Shown: piece after piece, positions 34,489 to 48,820 of the stretch
Position numbering within the stretch: the first letter of the stretch is position 1
Layout of the letters: every line of letters starts with the position of its first letter
Source of the DNA: Basidiobolus meristosporus CBS 931.73
Taxonomy: Eukaryota; Fungi; Basidiobolomycota
NCBI GenBank assembly: GCA_002104905.1
Contig: MCFE01000594.1
Span: 1 to 54,848 of the forward strand
Reading direction: 5' to 3'
DNA: 54,848 bases
Position numbers and translations under genes: made by a program
Notes under the pieces: model-generated
What the model was told of the DNA's origin: nothing
The model's database searches: none
What the model saw: only the letters and a program-made list of their open reading frames with translations

Positions 34489-35662
34489 AAAACTGCATTT
34501 TTGAATGGAGAACTAGATGAGGATGTGTATATAGACCAGCCTGATGGGTTTGTTGACCAAGATAACCCCCATTTGGTCTGCAAGCTTAAGAATTCACTAA
34601 ATGGTCTCAAACAATCCCCAAGAGCCTGGAATTGCAAGATAGACTCTTATTTGGAATCTTTGAGTTTCAAAAGGAGTAATGCTGACTATAGCATATACTA
34701 TAAACCAGATAGAGCAAATCCAGCTCTATTAGCTCTATATGTGGATGATCTTATTATAGCCGCCAATAACCTAGAAACATTGGAAGAGAAAAAATCCAGT
34801 CTATCAAAGGAGTTCAAGATGTCCAATCTAAGAGAACTCAGTTACTACTTAGGGATTAAGTTCTCCATAGACAGAAGCACCCAGACTATTACCCTAAGCC
34901 AATCCAAGTATATTCAAATATACTAAAGAAGTACAAAATGGAAGACTGTAAATCGGCAGCTACCCCAATGGAGACAAACCTTAACTTGGTCAAAACTCAA
35001 CTAAATCAAGAGAGCTTGGTACCATCTGAAAGCCCTGACTTTCTGTATCAATATATGGTTGTCAGTCTGATGTATATGATGCTTGGAACATGTCCAGATA
35101 TCTCATATTCAGTGGAAGTTGTCAGCCAACATAACCAGAACTATGGGTTTGATCATGTTGCAGCAGTTAAGTGGATTTTTAGACACCTAAAAGGAACTGC
35201 TTATATCTACCTAAGATACACTTGAAAGGATTCAGAAAGGCTCTTGTGGGATACTCTGATGCTTATTGAAGACAAAATTTAGAATACAGAAGATCCACTA
35301 CAGGATACACCTTTCTTTACTGTAAAGGAACAATTTCATGGAACTCAAGAAAGCAACCAACCATAGCACTTTCCACCACAGAGGCAGAGTATATGGCAAA
35401 CTGCAAAGCTACAAAAGAATCAATGTGGTTAAGAAAGCTTTTTACAGATTTAGGCCTATGTCAAAAAATGCATATTACTTTATTTCATGGCAATCAAGGA
35501 TGTATATAATTAGGTAGAAATCCAACTTTGCATGCTAGAACCAAGCACATAGATATTAGACATAATTTCATATGTGAAGCTGTAGAGAATAACTTAATTA
35601 GCTTAGTTTACTGTCCTACAGATGAAATGATTGCAGACATATTTATCAAACCATTGGCTAGA

Positions 35663-38600
35663 TGTTGTAAGAGTCTTGGAGATATTGGAAGTGATTGGGA
35701 GAACAAGTAGATTATGTGGTTTTCACTTAATGATTTATTGAATGTAAAAGTAGTATTTATACTTTTACCTGGTCTTGGCATAGCAAACATGTAAAATAGG
35801 TTAAGGAAGGTCCCAAGAACATGTGTGCAAAGTTTGGGGTTGTTTGGACAGCTTTGAGAATTTTCATGCTCTGGGTAAATATTCTAAGTAAATCCCAACA
35901 AGGAATTTGGTCAGTATTCTCTAGGATATGAAGGTAATGATCTAAGTAACTAAGTTAGGTGAATATTTAGGTGGAAATACAAGTCTTTACAACACTCCCA
36001 CTCAGCTAAATGTTCATACTGACTAGTCCTAATTTTGACCTAAGATATTCAAACTTGTCTCACGCTAATGGTTTAGTAAATATGTCTGCAATCATTTCAT
36101 CTGTAGGACAGTAAACTAAGCTAATTAAGTTATTTTCTATAGCTTCACGTATGAAATGATGTTTAATATCTATGTGCTTAGTTCTAGCATGAAAAGTTGG
36201 ATTTCTACCTAATTGTACACATCCTTGATTATCTGGAAATAAAGTGATAGGCATTTTTTGACATAGGCCTAAATCTGTAAAAAGCTTTCTTAACCACATT
36301 GCTTCTTTTGTAGCCTCACAGGCTGCCATGTACTCTGCCTCTGTGGTAGAAAATGCTACGGTTGGTTGCTTTCTTGAGTTCCATGAAAATTTTCCTTTAC
36401 AGTAAAGAAAGGTGTATCCTATGGTGGATCTTCTGTCTTCTAGATTTTGTCCCCAACCAGCATCAGAGTATCCCACAAGAGCCTGTTCTGAATCCTTATA
36501 AGTGTATCTTAAGTAGATATAAGCAGTTCCTTTTAGACATCTAAAAATCCACTTAACTGCTGCAATATGATCAGATCCATAGTTCTGATTATGTTGGCTG
36601 ACAACTTCCACCAAATATGAGATATCTGGATGTGCTCCAAGCATGATATGCATCTGACTGCCTATCATGGATTGATAAGGAAAGTCAGGGCTTTCAGATG
36701 GCACCAAGCTCTCTTGATTTGGTTGAGTTTTGACCAAGTTAAGGTTTGTCTCCATTGGGGTAGCTGCCAGTTTACAGTCTTCCATTTTGTACTTCTTTAG
36801 TATATCTTGAATATACTTGGATTAACTTAGGGTAATAGTCTGGGTGCTTCTGTCTATGGAGAACTTAATCTCTAAGTAGTAACTGAGTTCTCCTAGATTG
36901 GACATCTTGAACTCCTTTGACAGACTGGATTTAGTCTCTTACAATGTTTCTAGGTTATTGGTGGCTATAATAAGATCATCCACATATAGAGCTAATAGAG
37001 CTGGATTTGCTCTATCTGGCTTATAGTATATGCTATAGTCAGCATTACTCCTTTTGAAACTCAAAAATTCCAAATAAGAATCTATCTTGCAATTCCAGGC
37101 TCTTGGTGATTGTTTGAGGCCATATAGTGACTTTTTAAGCTTGCAGACCAAATAGGGGTTATCTTGGTCAACAAATACATCAGGCTGGTCTATATACATG
37201 TCCTCATCAAATGCTCCATTCAAGAATGCAGTTTTTACATCCATTTGATGAATAAAAAACTTATATTTGGCTGCAATCGCCAATACTAATCTGATGGAAT
37301 TAAACTTGGCTACCAGTGCAAATGTCTCAGTGTTGTAAGTCCTTTTGTTTGAGAGTATCCTTTAGCCACAAGTCATGCTTTGTATCTTTCAATTGTACCA
37401 TCTGCCTTGTATTTTGTCTTTAAGACCCATCTGCATCCATTTGATTTTTGGTTGATTGGTAATCTGACTAAGTCCCAAGTTTGATTTTCTATCGGGGCCT
37501 GATATTCCTCAGTCATTGCAGATCTCCAAAACTTTGTCTGAGGGCTATTTAGGGCCTCTTTTACAGTATGGGGTGCATCAATATGAACTGAATAGGCATA
37601 GGCAAAGTTTGTACCCTCATTGATATAGTAATTTGGGCTATTCCTTGTGCGCTTGGATCTCTGAGCATTTGATACTGGAATGATCACTTCTGGGATGTTC
37701 CTGGGCACTAATTCTGGCTGAGACATGGTTGAAGAGTCCTCTGGAGTGAAAAAATCTTCATTGTTTAGCTCTGATTCAATCCTGATAATTGGTGGACTTG
37801 AGTTCAAATTTTTGTCATCATCTGATGTCATTTTTTGTGAAAATTTTGAATTTTCATCAAATAACACATCCCTGGACTTGATCAGCTTCTTTGCTTTGGT
37901 ATTGTAGAGTCTGTATGCATTAATCTCATTGCAGTAGCCCAAAAATACTCATTTTACACTTGTTTGCTCAAATATTGACTGATTTCAGGCAGTTTCTTGG
38001 CATATGCTGTACACCCAAATATTCTTAGATGTTCTGCACTTGGTCTGTATCAATACCTTGCTTCAGATGGAGTAGAATCACAAAATACTCTGTTATAACT
38101 TCTACTTTAAAGATATACAGCAGTGGGAACTGATTCCACCCAAAAATGATAGGATAATTTTTGATCATGGATCATAGATCTTGCCATATCAGTTATTGAT
38201 CTGTTAGCACATCCTGCTACTCCATTTTGCTGTGGGGAGTATGGTACAGTAGTCTCTTGCTTTGTCCCATGAATTTTGCACAAGTGGATGAAGAGTTCTG
38301 AGGTATATTATATACCATTGTCAGAGCATATTTTCTTGATTTTTTCAGCAGTTTCTCTCTCCACCATAGCTTTAAACTCCCTGAGCTTAGATCAAGCTTC
38401 TTTCTTTCTCTCCATGAAGTAGACCTATGTGTATCTTGTATGATCATCAATAAAAGTGATTAAATACTTCATCCGGCCTAAGGATAAATCTTGCATAGGT
38501 CCACACAGATCTGAGTGAATTAGATCTAATTTTTTCTTAGTTTTGACTCACCCAGAGCTCTTGAATGCTAGTCTGGCTTATTTCCCATGTATGCAGGCTT

Positions 38601-40326
38601 CACAGTGCTCCAAATTAGCTGGGGGATCAATTTTTACTCCAGAAATTAGCTGATCTTTGATCATTTTACATAAATAATCAAAATTGATGTGCCCAAATTT
38701 CCTATGCCAAAGCATTGGTGTTTCTTCATTTAAGTTACTTATATTGGCTTCCAGATATGATGGAATATAAGTCAACTTGTATAGATCTTGATCTCTGATG
38801 CCCAAAGCAATATGAGCACCATTTTGATCAGTGATCCAGCATCCAGAATTGTCAAAACTAAAACTGAGTCCTTCTGCTGTGGCCTTGCTTACAGAGAGTA
38901 GGTTCTTGGCTATTTCTGGTACATAGAGTGCTTCTTTAAAGGTCAGTGTATGGCTTCCTTCACTGCTTCTAAGGTTTACCTGGATAGTTCCTTCTCCCAC
39001 TGCATTAAGTGTTCTGTTGTCACCCATGAAAACCTTCTTAATTGGAATTTCTTGATACTGGGTATAAAGTTCTTTTTGGTGTGTAAAGTGTTGAGAAGCT
39101 CCAGAGTCAATATACCACGTCTGAGAATCCTTGTTTGTGGTCATATTTAGTGCTGATATGAATAGTTTATCTTCAGTTGTTGCAGCATTTCCATATTCAG
39201 GCTTCTTTTGCTGATTATCTTTCTTTTTGAGACACGGGTCTGATGTGTGTCCTTTCCTTTTGCAGTAGTTGCAAAACAGGTTGCTGTTGCCTCTGTAGGG
39301 TCTTGGGTACATCTTTTGTTGGTTATCATTGCTTATTAAAGCATTTTCTTCTTCCTTCTTATTGGTGCTTGATTTTCTTAATTCTTCATCCAGGAGCCTT
39401 CCATATACTTAATTTAAGGTCAAATTTTCAGTTCTGGACTCTAGGGCTGATACAAGGCCCTGATATTTGTCTGTCAGGCTATTCAGGATGGTAACTACCA
39501 CATCCTCATCAGTAGTTGGTCCACCCACAGATTCTATCTCATATACCAGCAGGGTAACTCTGTTAATTAGATTTTTGATTTCTTCTCCTGGCAGCATCTT
39601 TGTAGTAAAGAATTATCATCTGAGATACATTTTATTAGCAGCTGAACATGACTGGTAGGTGTCTTCCAATGCCTTCCACGCATTCTTTACCGTTTTTGCT
39701 CTTGAGCATTGAATTAGCAATTTGTCTTTAACATCAAGGCAAATGCAGTTAAAGGCACTTTGTTGTTTCTTCTGGTACTTCAAGACTTCCTCTCCCACAT
39801 TTTTAGGAGGGCATTCTTCTCCCATGGTAATATCCCAAAGGCCTCTTTCTTGTAACAGCATCTTCATTTCACCTTCCACACTTTGTAGTTAGATCCATCC
39901 AACTTTTCAGCCAAGGGGAAAATTCCAGTAATAGCAGTAGTGGACATTGCAGAGAGTGACAGCTTGGGGCTCATAACCTGTTGTAAGAGTCTTGGAGATA
40001 TTGGAAGTGAATGGGAGAACAAGTAGATTATGTGGTTATCACTTAATGATTTATTGAATGTAAAAGTAGTATTTATACTTTTACATGGTCCTGGCATGGC
40101 AAACACATAGAATAGGTTAAGAAAGGTCCCAAGAACATATGTGCAAAGTTTGAGGCTGGTTGGACAACTTTGAGAATTTTCATGTTCTGGGTACCTGGTA
40201 TTTTGGTGAAAATATACCAAGTAAATCCCAACAAGGAATTTAGTCAGTGTTTTCTAGGGTTTGAAGGTAATGATCTAAGTGACTAAGTTAGGTGAGTATT
40301 TAGGTGGAAATACAAATTTTTCAACA
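35663..40326 (-). mobile_element. Copia element E, full length but decayed, probably recombinant
   Basis: LTRs at 35663-35994 (332 bp) and 39979-40326, PPT, PBS 39967-39978, all domains in fragments; flanks CTAGA and TTCTA do not match. Confidence 0.92.
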
Positions 40327-40459
40327 TTCTACGCCTTTGTAATGCCACACCATGTAAAACTATAAATACTACTTTTACATTAAATCAATCAGTAAGTGAA
40401 AACCACATAACCTATTTGTTCTCCCAATCACTTCCAATATCTCCAAGACTCTTGCAACA
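40327..40459 (+). repeat. 3' half of a copia LTR
   Basis: Starts mid-LTR at TTCTACG, includes TATAAATA, ends CAACA and abuts the copia protease region of F. Confidence 0.85.
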
Positions 40460-43400
40460 AATTCTGGATGCAAGATCACTGATCAAAATGGTACCAATAT
40501 TGCTTTGGGTATCACAGATAAGAAACTCTACCAGTTGAGTTATATTCCATCATATCTGGAAGCAAACATAAGTAACTTAAATGAAGAAACACCAATTCTT
40601 TGGCACAGGAGATTTGGGCACATCAATTTTGATTATTTGTGCAAAATGATCAAAGACCAGCTAATATCTGGAGTAAAAATTGATCCCCCAGCTGATTTGT
40701 AGCACTGTGAAGCATGCATATATGGGAAACTAGCCAGACAAGCGTTTAAGAGCTCTGGGTCAGTCAAAACTAACAAAAAATTAGATCTAACTCACTCAGA
40801 TCTGTGTGGACCTATGCAAAATTTATCCTTAGGTAGGATGAAGTATTTAATCACCTTTATTGATGATTATACAAGATACACATGGGTCTACTTTAAGAAG
40901 AGAAAGGAAGAAGCTCTGTCTAAGCTCAGGGAGTTCAAAGCCATGGTGGAGAGAGAAACTGGTGAAAAAATCAAGAAAATATGCTCTGGCAATGGTGGAG
41001 AACATACCTCAAAACTCTTCATCCACTTTTGCAAAATTCATGGGATGAAGCAACAGACTACTGTACCATACCCCCTATAGCAAAATGGAGTAGTAGAATG
41101 TGCAAACAGATCAATATTTGATATGGCAAGATCTATGATCCATGATCCAAAATTATCCTATGATTTTTGGGTGTTGTAGTGGGGTCACAGTGACACCCAC
41201 AGGCAGATGTGTTCATTCCCATACATTCACTTCCCTAAAAAGGATTACCCCCCCTATATTAGTATCAACCCAAATTGCAATATTTTCTATTCTGTCTATG
41301 TGATTATTACTATGCAACCTGACAAACTATTTGTCACTATTAACCCATTGCACAAGCTATTCCTATTCCTTGCCAAGATGCCCAGATAAGATAGTTACCA
41401 TATAAGGCAGGTACCCCTAAGAGTGCCTATGTCATGTGACCATCCTGGTTTCATAACCCTCCTATCCTACTACCATATGAGGTAACTACATGAGACAGAG
41501 GTTTTATATTACCACTATCTGATTGGCTAGGTGCTACTATGTCTCATGGAGCAATCCACCAAGAATTGGCGCTATTTTTAGTACACAATAACATGATTGG
41601 CTGTCTACTACCTCCTGGAAACTTACAGAAAGTATTTTCTAGCACAAATTTGAGCAGCAAAAAAAAGTATATAAGGGAGGCTATCCCTTAAAATAAATCA
41701 TCCCTCTTCCAATATTCCAACTTATTGATTAGTGAGATCACCGCTACCTATTACCACTACTTTCTGACTCAGACCTGACAATACTCCCAGGAAACCACAC
41801 TGACAGCCAACTGACCTTGGAGGCACTACTTGCGAGGAATACTCAGAGTAGGTATATTTTATTATATTTGTTTGTTTTCCCAAGTTTGCTCTTGTACAGG
41901 CAAAGATACTTTTCAGTCTTTGTAACTATTGGTCAAAAGCTGCATTCTTATCAAGTCCCTGTTGGTGGAGTTTACAGTTGTTTTGACTTTGGAAGCTTTA
42001 GTACATTGTCATCTCAAAGGACATTGAAGCCATTATAAACATTTGTTAAGATGCCAACTAAGTTGGGAATTGTAGTTCAATAGTTTTCCCTTGACAAGCT
42101 TGATGCTTTATCCCCTTTCATATTAGATTAGACAAAAGACCCAGTATTCCTAGCAAGCTTCTGCCAGAGGTTATTGCACCCAGTCAACACCCCACACACA
42201 TTCACACTTGAGAAGTGTTGGCCGTATTTTGCCCTTTGGACTAATACACCACCACAGCGTAATCAGTTGATACAGTTGTATACCTTAAATATAGGAGTTA
42301 TAACAGAATACTTTGTGATTATACTCCATTTGAAGCATGGTATGGATACAGACCAAGTGCAGAACATCTAAGAATATTTGGGTATACAGCATGTGCCAAG
42401 AAACTGCCCAAAATCAGTCAAAATTTGAGCCAAAAAAGTGTTGAATTTATATTTCTGGGCTACTGCAATGAGAGTAAGGCATACAGACTCTACAATACCA
42501 AAGCAAAGAGGCTAATCAAGTCTAGGGATGCGTTGGTTGATCAAAATTCAAAATTTCCACAAAAAAAGACATCAGATGATGACAAAAACCGGATCTCAAG
42601 TCCACCAATTGTCAGGATTGAATAAGTGCAAAACAATGAAAACTTTTTCACTCCAGAAGACTCTACAACCATGGTTCAGCCAGAATCAGTGCCCAGGAAT
42701 ATCCCAGAAGTGATCATTCCAGTACCAAATACCGGGAGATCCAAGTGGACAAGAAATAGCTCAAACTACTATATCAATGAGGGTACAAACTTAGCCTATA
42801 CCTATTCAGTCCATACTGATGAGCCACAGACTGTAAAAGAGGCCCTAAATAGCCCTCAGACAAATTTTTGGAGACCTGCAATAACTGAGGATTACCAGGC
42901 CCGATGGAAAATCAAAATTGGGGCTTAGTCAGATTACCCATCAACCAAAAATCAATTGGATGCAGATGGGTCATCAAGACAAAATATATAGCTGATGGTA
43001 CAATTGAAAGATACAAAGCAAGACTTGTTGCCAAAGGATACTCTCAAACAAAAGGACTTGACTATGCTGAGACCTTTGCACCGGAAGCCAAGTTTAAAAC
43101 CATCAGATTAATATTGGCTATTGCAGCCAAAATAAGTTTTTCATTCATAAAATGGATGTAAAAACTGCATTTTTGAATGAATCACTTGATGAGGATGTGT
43201 GTATGTACCAGCCTGATGGGTTTGCTGGCCAAGATAACCCCCATTTGGTCTGCAAGGTTAAAAAGTCTCTATATGGTCTCAAACAATCACCAAGAGCCTG
43301 GAATTGCAAGATAGATTCTTATTTTGAATCTTTGAGTTTTAAAAGGAGTAGTTCTGACTAAAGCATATACTATAAGCCAGATAGAGCAAATCCAGCTCTA

Positions 43401-44750
43401 TTAGCGCTATATGTGGATGATCTTATTATAGCCACCAATAACCTAGAAACATTGGAAGAGACTAAATCCAGCCTATCTAAGGAGTTCAAGATATCCAATC
43501 TGAGAGAACTCAGTTACTACTTAGGGATTAAGTTCTCCATAGACAGAAGCACCCAGACTATTACCCTAAGTCAATCTAAGTATATTCAATTTATACTAAA
43601 GAAGTACAAAATGGAAGACTGTAAACCGGCAGCTACCCCAATGGAGACAAACCTGAACCTGGTCAAAACTCTACCAAATCAAGAGAGCTTGGTGCCATCT
43701 GAAAGCCCTGACTTTTCTTATCAATTTGTGACTGGCAGTCTGAAGTATATCATGCTTGGAACATGTCCAGATATCTCATATTCAGTGGGAGTTGTAAGAC
43801 ACCATAATCAAAACTGAGGATCTGATGATATTGCAGCTGTTAAGCCAATTATTAGATACCTAAAAGGAACCACTGATATCTGCTTAAGATACATTTATAA
43901 GGATTCAGAACAGGCTCTAGTGGGATACTCTGATGCTGATTGGGGATAAAATTTGGAAGACAGAAGATTCACCACAGGATACACCTTTCTTTACTGTAAA
44001 GGAGCAATATCATGGAATTCAAGAAAGCAATCAGCTGTAGCACTTTCTACCACAGAGGCAGAGTACATGGCAGCATCTGAAGCTATTAAGAAGGCAATGT
44101 GGCTAAGAAAACTCTCTACAGATCTAGGCCTATGTCAAAAAACTCTTATTACTTTATCTCAAGATAATCAAGGATGTATACAATTAGGTAGAAATCCAAC
44201 TTTTCATGCTAGAACTAAGCACATAGATATTAGACATCATTTCATACGTGAAGCTATAGAGAATAACTTGGTTTGGTTGGTTTACCGTTCCACAGATGAA
44301 ATGATTGCAGACATACTTTTCAAGCCATTGGCTAGTGACAAGTTTGAATATCTTAGGTCAAAATTAGGACTAGTCAGTATGAGCATTTAGCTGAGTGGGA
44401 GTGTTGTAAAAGTTTGGAATTCCACCCAAATATTCACCTAACTTAGTCACTTAGATCATCACCTTCAAATCCTAGAGAATAATGACCAGACTCCTTGTCA
44501 GGATTTACTTGGAATATTTTCACCAAAATACCAGGTATCCAGAACATGAAAATTCTCAAAGTTGTCCAAACAGCCCCAAACTTTGTACACATGTTCCTGG
44601 GACCTTCCTTAGCTTATTACACATGTTTGAAATGCCAAGACCATGTAAAAGTATCAATACTACTTTTACATTCAATAAATCATTAAGTGAAAACCACATA
44701 ATCTACTTGTTCTCCAAATCACTTCCAATATCTCCAAGACTTTAACAACA
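40460..44750 (+). mobile_element. Copia element F, 5'-truncated (PR to RH, PPT, 3' LTR 44402-44750)
   Basis: Fragmented IN/RT/RH ORFs; CTGAGTGGGAG then a 349-bp LTR; interrupted at 41175-42256. Confidence 0.92.
41175..42256 (+). mobile_element. Solo LTR of a second family (LTR2, 1082 bp)
   Basis: TGTAGTGGGGT..ACACCACCACA termini, 4-bp TSD GTGT/GCGT, TATATAA and AATAAA inside. Orientation inferred from the TATA box and homology to the chromovirus leader. Confidence 0.85.
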
Positions 44751-44855
44751 TATCTGGCACTATAATCTCTACTATAAGGCCAGTGGTAGAATAGTTACAG
44801 GTAATTTTACTCAATCTTACTTATGTTGATCAGAGTAGTGCTTTCCTTGCTTTAT

Positions 44856-45401
44856 TTACTCTACATAATGCTCCAGACACATTTCTCTCAGTTGATGTCT
44901 TCTTGTATGAATATACTGTGCATTGATAAGTATCTTAACTATCTCACCTATTTTGCTGTTTTGTCCTATATATGACTTTCCTTTGTATTTACCAGCCAAT
45001 ATGCTGAGTTGCTTCAGATATCCAAGTGTATGGTCTACCCTCACTCTGAAATGATTAAATATCTCATTGTAGAGTCTCTGCTTCCTGCTAAGCACACAAT
45101 TCCTTAGCTTCTTATAAGCTGTGATACATCCTAGTCTGTGACAATCCTCTCCTATATAAGCTAAGTCTGCCATATAATTCTCCTCTCTACTGAATTCTGG
45201 ATGATTCTCTACCCAGAGTGCATTTTTTTGATTAAAATCAAGCCATTGCAAATCAGTGATCACAAAGTTTTTGATATAAGTAATATCAAGATTGTCTAAC
45301 ATTTGAGTCAGAACCCCTATAAATACATCATCTGTAACATCAGTTCAGCCACTTGGTCTGTTTTGCACCTACTCAATCAGACACATGCCAGCTATGAAAC
45401 C
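44856..45401 (-). pseudogene. PIF/Harbinger (IS5-like DDE_Tnp_4) transposase relic
   Basis: YMADLAYIG..ITAYKK..LSRKQRLYNEIFNHFRVRVDHTLGYLKQLSIL matches the family C-terminal pattern; in-frame GFIAG..NRP upstream, interrupted by two stops. Confidence 0.7.
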
Positions 45402-46094
45402 TTGTCAGATCACTAAGATCAGGCATTTACTTGCACAATGAGCCAAATGTATATTTGATGGCTAATCTGGCAGCTTGTTTATTAGTCCAAGAGCCATTTG
45501 GGGGACTGACAGGTTCAGGATACTTTTGGACCAATTAACCACTGAGATACAATCCAATTGGAGTGATGGTAGCTAAAATGGTAAGTATCAGTGTAGTTTA
45601 TAGTGTAATATGCTTTTATTGCAATTTGCATTAAAAAAACATATCCAAATACTGGATTTTACCTACCATAATAGCAGTATCCAATTGTGCACATGATGCA
45701 AACATTACAAGTCTGCATAATCATCTGTGCCAACCTCATTGTGTCAGATTGTGCCATAGTGTGCAAGATTGTCTCACATAGTGCAAAATTTTCCAGGAGT
45801 AGTCCTGCCTGCTGGTAGCTAAATTATTGTGCTTGATTGTTCTTGATGGCTACAGATTGTGCTGCATGCCTGGACACAGTACAATGGAACAAGTCTAAGC
45901 CCCATTTGGTCTGCAAGCTCAACTTATCTTTATATGGACTCAAGCAATCACCAAGAGCCTGGAGTAGAACGATAGATTTTTATTTTAAATCTCTGAGATT
46001 CAAAGTTATAACACTGACTAAAGTTTACAATATGAGCCAGATAGTGCAAGTCCAGTTCAATTTGATCTGTATGTGGATGATGTATCATAGCTAC

Positions 46095-47162
46095 TGTAGC
46101 GGGGTCACAGTGACACCCACTGACAAATGTGCTCATTCCCATATTTCTACTTGCCTATTTTTCTATTACCCTTATATTAGTTTTATCCCACTTATCTTAC
46201 TTGCTTGGTACTATTACATAAGCTGGCTGACTATCACACCTGCTTACCTGTTACATAAGTTATCCCTCACTTTATGTAAGATTGCTTGAAGTAAGTGCTT
46301 TGAAATTAGGCAGGTACCTGCACCAATACCAGTAACAAATTCCTAAATTGTGTCACCATTCCAACAACTTTCATACCATATTTGGTATCCCTATGTTACA
46401 CAGGTTGCAGAATACTGATTTCTGATTGGTTGGGAGTGCTGTGTCTCTTAGACCTTTTGATACCTACTTAGAACATTCTTAGCTCATTCTGGTGCCTTTA
46501 AGATTTCTGGTTGGCTACTGGAACCTTCTAGAACACCATGATTAGTAATCACTTTGTCAGTATGAAAAATATATAAGGAAGGCAATCCCTCATCAGTGAA
46601 TCATCATCCCTTTTATCAATATACTAACTTGTTGATTAATGTGTTCACTGCCACCTGCTGCTACCTGAACTTCCAACCACAGACCTCAGGACACTCCCAG
46701 GAGACCATGCTGACAGCCAACTGACCTTAGAGGCACTACTTGTGAGGAATATACAAAGTAAGTTTCTTTTATTATATTTGATTCTTTCCCAAGTTTGGTC
46801 TTGTACAGGCAAAGATGCTTCTCTGTCTTTGTAACTATTGACCACAGCTATATTCTTATCAAGTCCATGCTGGTCAAACTTACAATTGTTTGGACTTTGG
46901 AAGCTTTAGTACATTGCCATCTCAAAGGATGCTGAGCCCAGCACATACTTTTGTTAGGGCACCAACTAAGCTGGGGATTGCAGCTTAATATTTTTCCCTT
47001 CACAAGCTTTTGGCTTTATTCCCCATCACATTAAATTAGAGACAGATCCCATGTATTCCTAGTAAGCTTTGCAAGAGGTTATTGCACTCAGTGAGCACCC
47101 CACACACAAAACACCAGAGAAGTGTTGTACGTATCTCTCCCTTTGACTTATACACCACCACA
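46095..47162 (+). mobile_element. Solo LTR2 (1068 bp)
   Basis: TGTAGCGGGGT..ACACCACCACA, 4-bp TSD CTAC/CCAC. Confidence 0.85.
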
Positions 47163-47765
47163 CCACCAATAACCTAGAAGCATTGTAAGTTACTGAATCC
47201 AGGCTATACAAAGTTTTCAAGATATCTGATCTACAAGAACTCAGTGACTGCTTAGGCATAAAGTTCTCCATTGACAGAAGTACTCAGATTATCACCCTAA
47301 GCCAGTCCAGGTACATTCAAGATATATTAGAGAAGTATCAAGTGGAAGGCTGTACACCAGCAGCTACCCCCTTGGAGACACACCTCAACATGGCCAAGAC
47401 TCAAACAAATCAAGAGAGCTTGGTGCTATCTGAAAGCTCAAGTTTCCTTATCAATATATGGTCAGCAGTCTGAGGTATATCCTGCTTGGAACATGTCTAG
47501 ATATCTCAGGTTTTGTGGGAATTGTCAGCCAGCATAATCAGAGCTTTGGATCTGATCATGTTGCAGCAGTTAAGCTGGTTTTTAGATATCTAAAAGGAGC
47601 TACTATATCTGCTGAAGATATACCTATAGGATTTGGAACAGGATCTTGTGGGATGCTCTGATGCTGATAGGACACAAAGTTTAGAGTACAGAAGATCCAC
47701 CACAGCATGCATCTTTCTTTACTGTCAAGGAGCATTTCATGGAACTCAAGAATGCAACCCACTGT

Positions 47766-48820
47766 TGTAGTGGGGTCACAGTGACACCCACTGACAAATG
47801 TGCCCAATCCCATATATTTTACTTCCCTAAATCTATACTACCTGTGTTCAAATTTTATCCCATTTAGCATATCTGATCAGTACTATCCCATAAGCCAGTT
47901 AACTATGATACCTGCTTATTTATTTCACACATTATCCCTTGCTTTATGTAAGATTCTAGTTGTATGTGCTTCTATACAAGCCAAGTATTTGTGCCAAGAC
48001 CTATGATAAATGACCAATTTGTGTCACCATCCCTATGATTCTTACTTTATATATGGAGTCCCTATGTTGCACTGGATTCAGAATACTGATCCCTGATTGA
48101 TTGGATGTGCAGTACCTCTTAGGACCTTCCAGCATCTACTTAGAACATTTTTAGCTCATTATGATGTCATTTAGAGTTCTATTGAACTCTGGAACCTTCT
48201 GGCACTTCATTATTAGTTATCACTTAGCTTGGGAGAAAGGTACATAAGGGAGACAACCCCTCAACAATAAACCTTCATCCCTTTCATCAATATACCAGCT
48301 TGTTGATTAGTGTGATCACTGCTACCTGAACTTCCAATCCCAGACCACTGGACACTCTGAGGAAACCACACTCACAGCCAACTGACCTTGGAGGCACTAC
48401 TTGGGAGGAATACTCAGAGTGGTATCTTTTACTATATTTGATTCTTTCCCAGTTTTGTTCTTGTACAGGTAAAGATACTTCTCTGTCTTTGAAACTATTG
48501 CCACAGCTATATTCTTATCAAGTCCCTGCTGGTCAATATACAATTGTTTGGACTTTGGAAGCTTTAGTACATTGTCATGTCAAAGAATGCTGAGCCCAGC
48601 ATATACTTTTGTTAGGACACCAACTAAGTTGGAGATTGTAGTTCAATAGTTTACCCTTGACAAGCTTGTGGCATTATTCCACTTCACCTTAGAGTAGAGA
48701 CAAAGTACAAGTATTCTTAGCAAGCTTTTACCGGAGGCTTTTGTACCCAGTTAACACCCCACACACAAATACTTGAGAAGTGCTGGACATTTCACTCCCT
48801 TGGACTTATACACCATCATA
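47766..48820 (+). mobile_element. Solo LTR2 (1055 bp)
   Basis: TGTAGTGGGGT..ACACCATCATA, 4-bp TSD CTGT/CTAT. Confidence 0.85.

Larger units (their letters stand above)
30710..35662 (+). mobile_element. Copia element D (5' LTR 30710-31041, gag to RH), decayed, hosts three later insertions
   Basis: PBS at 31042-31053, gag ATG at 31073, fragmented gag/PR/IN/RT/RH ORFs; stops at ..KPLAR where element E begins. Confidence 0.92.

Noticed and set aside
41175-41190. LTR2 start TGTAGTGGG resembling a 5S rRNA internal segment (Cassandra-like)
   Set aside because: Only ~9 nt match, which is also the terminal inverted repeat; no other 5S similarity seen.
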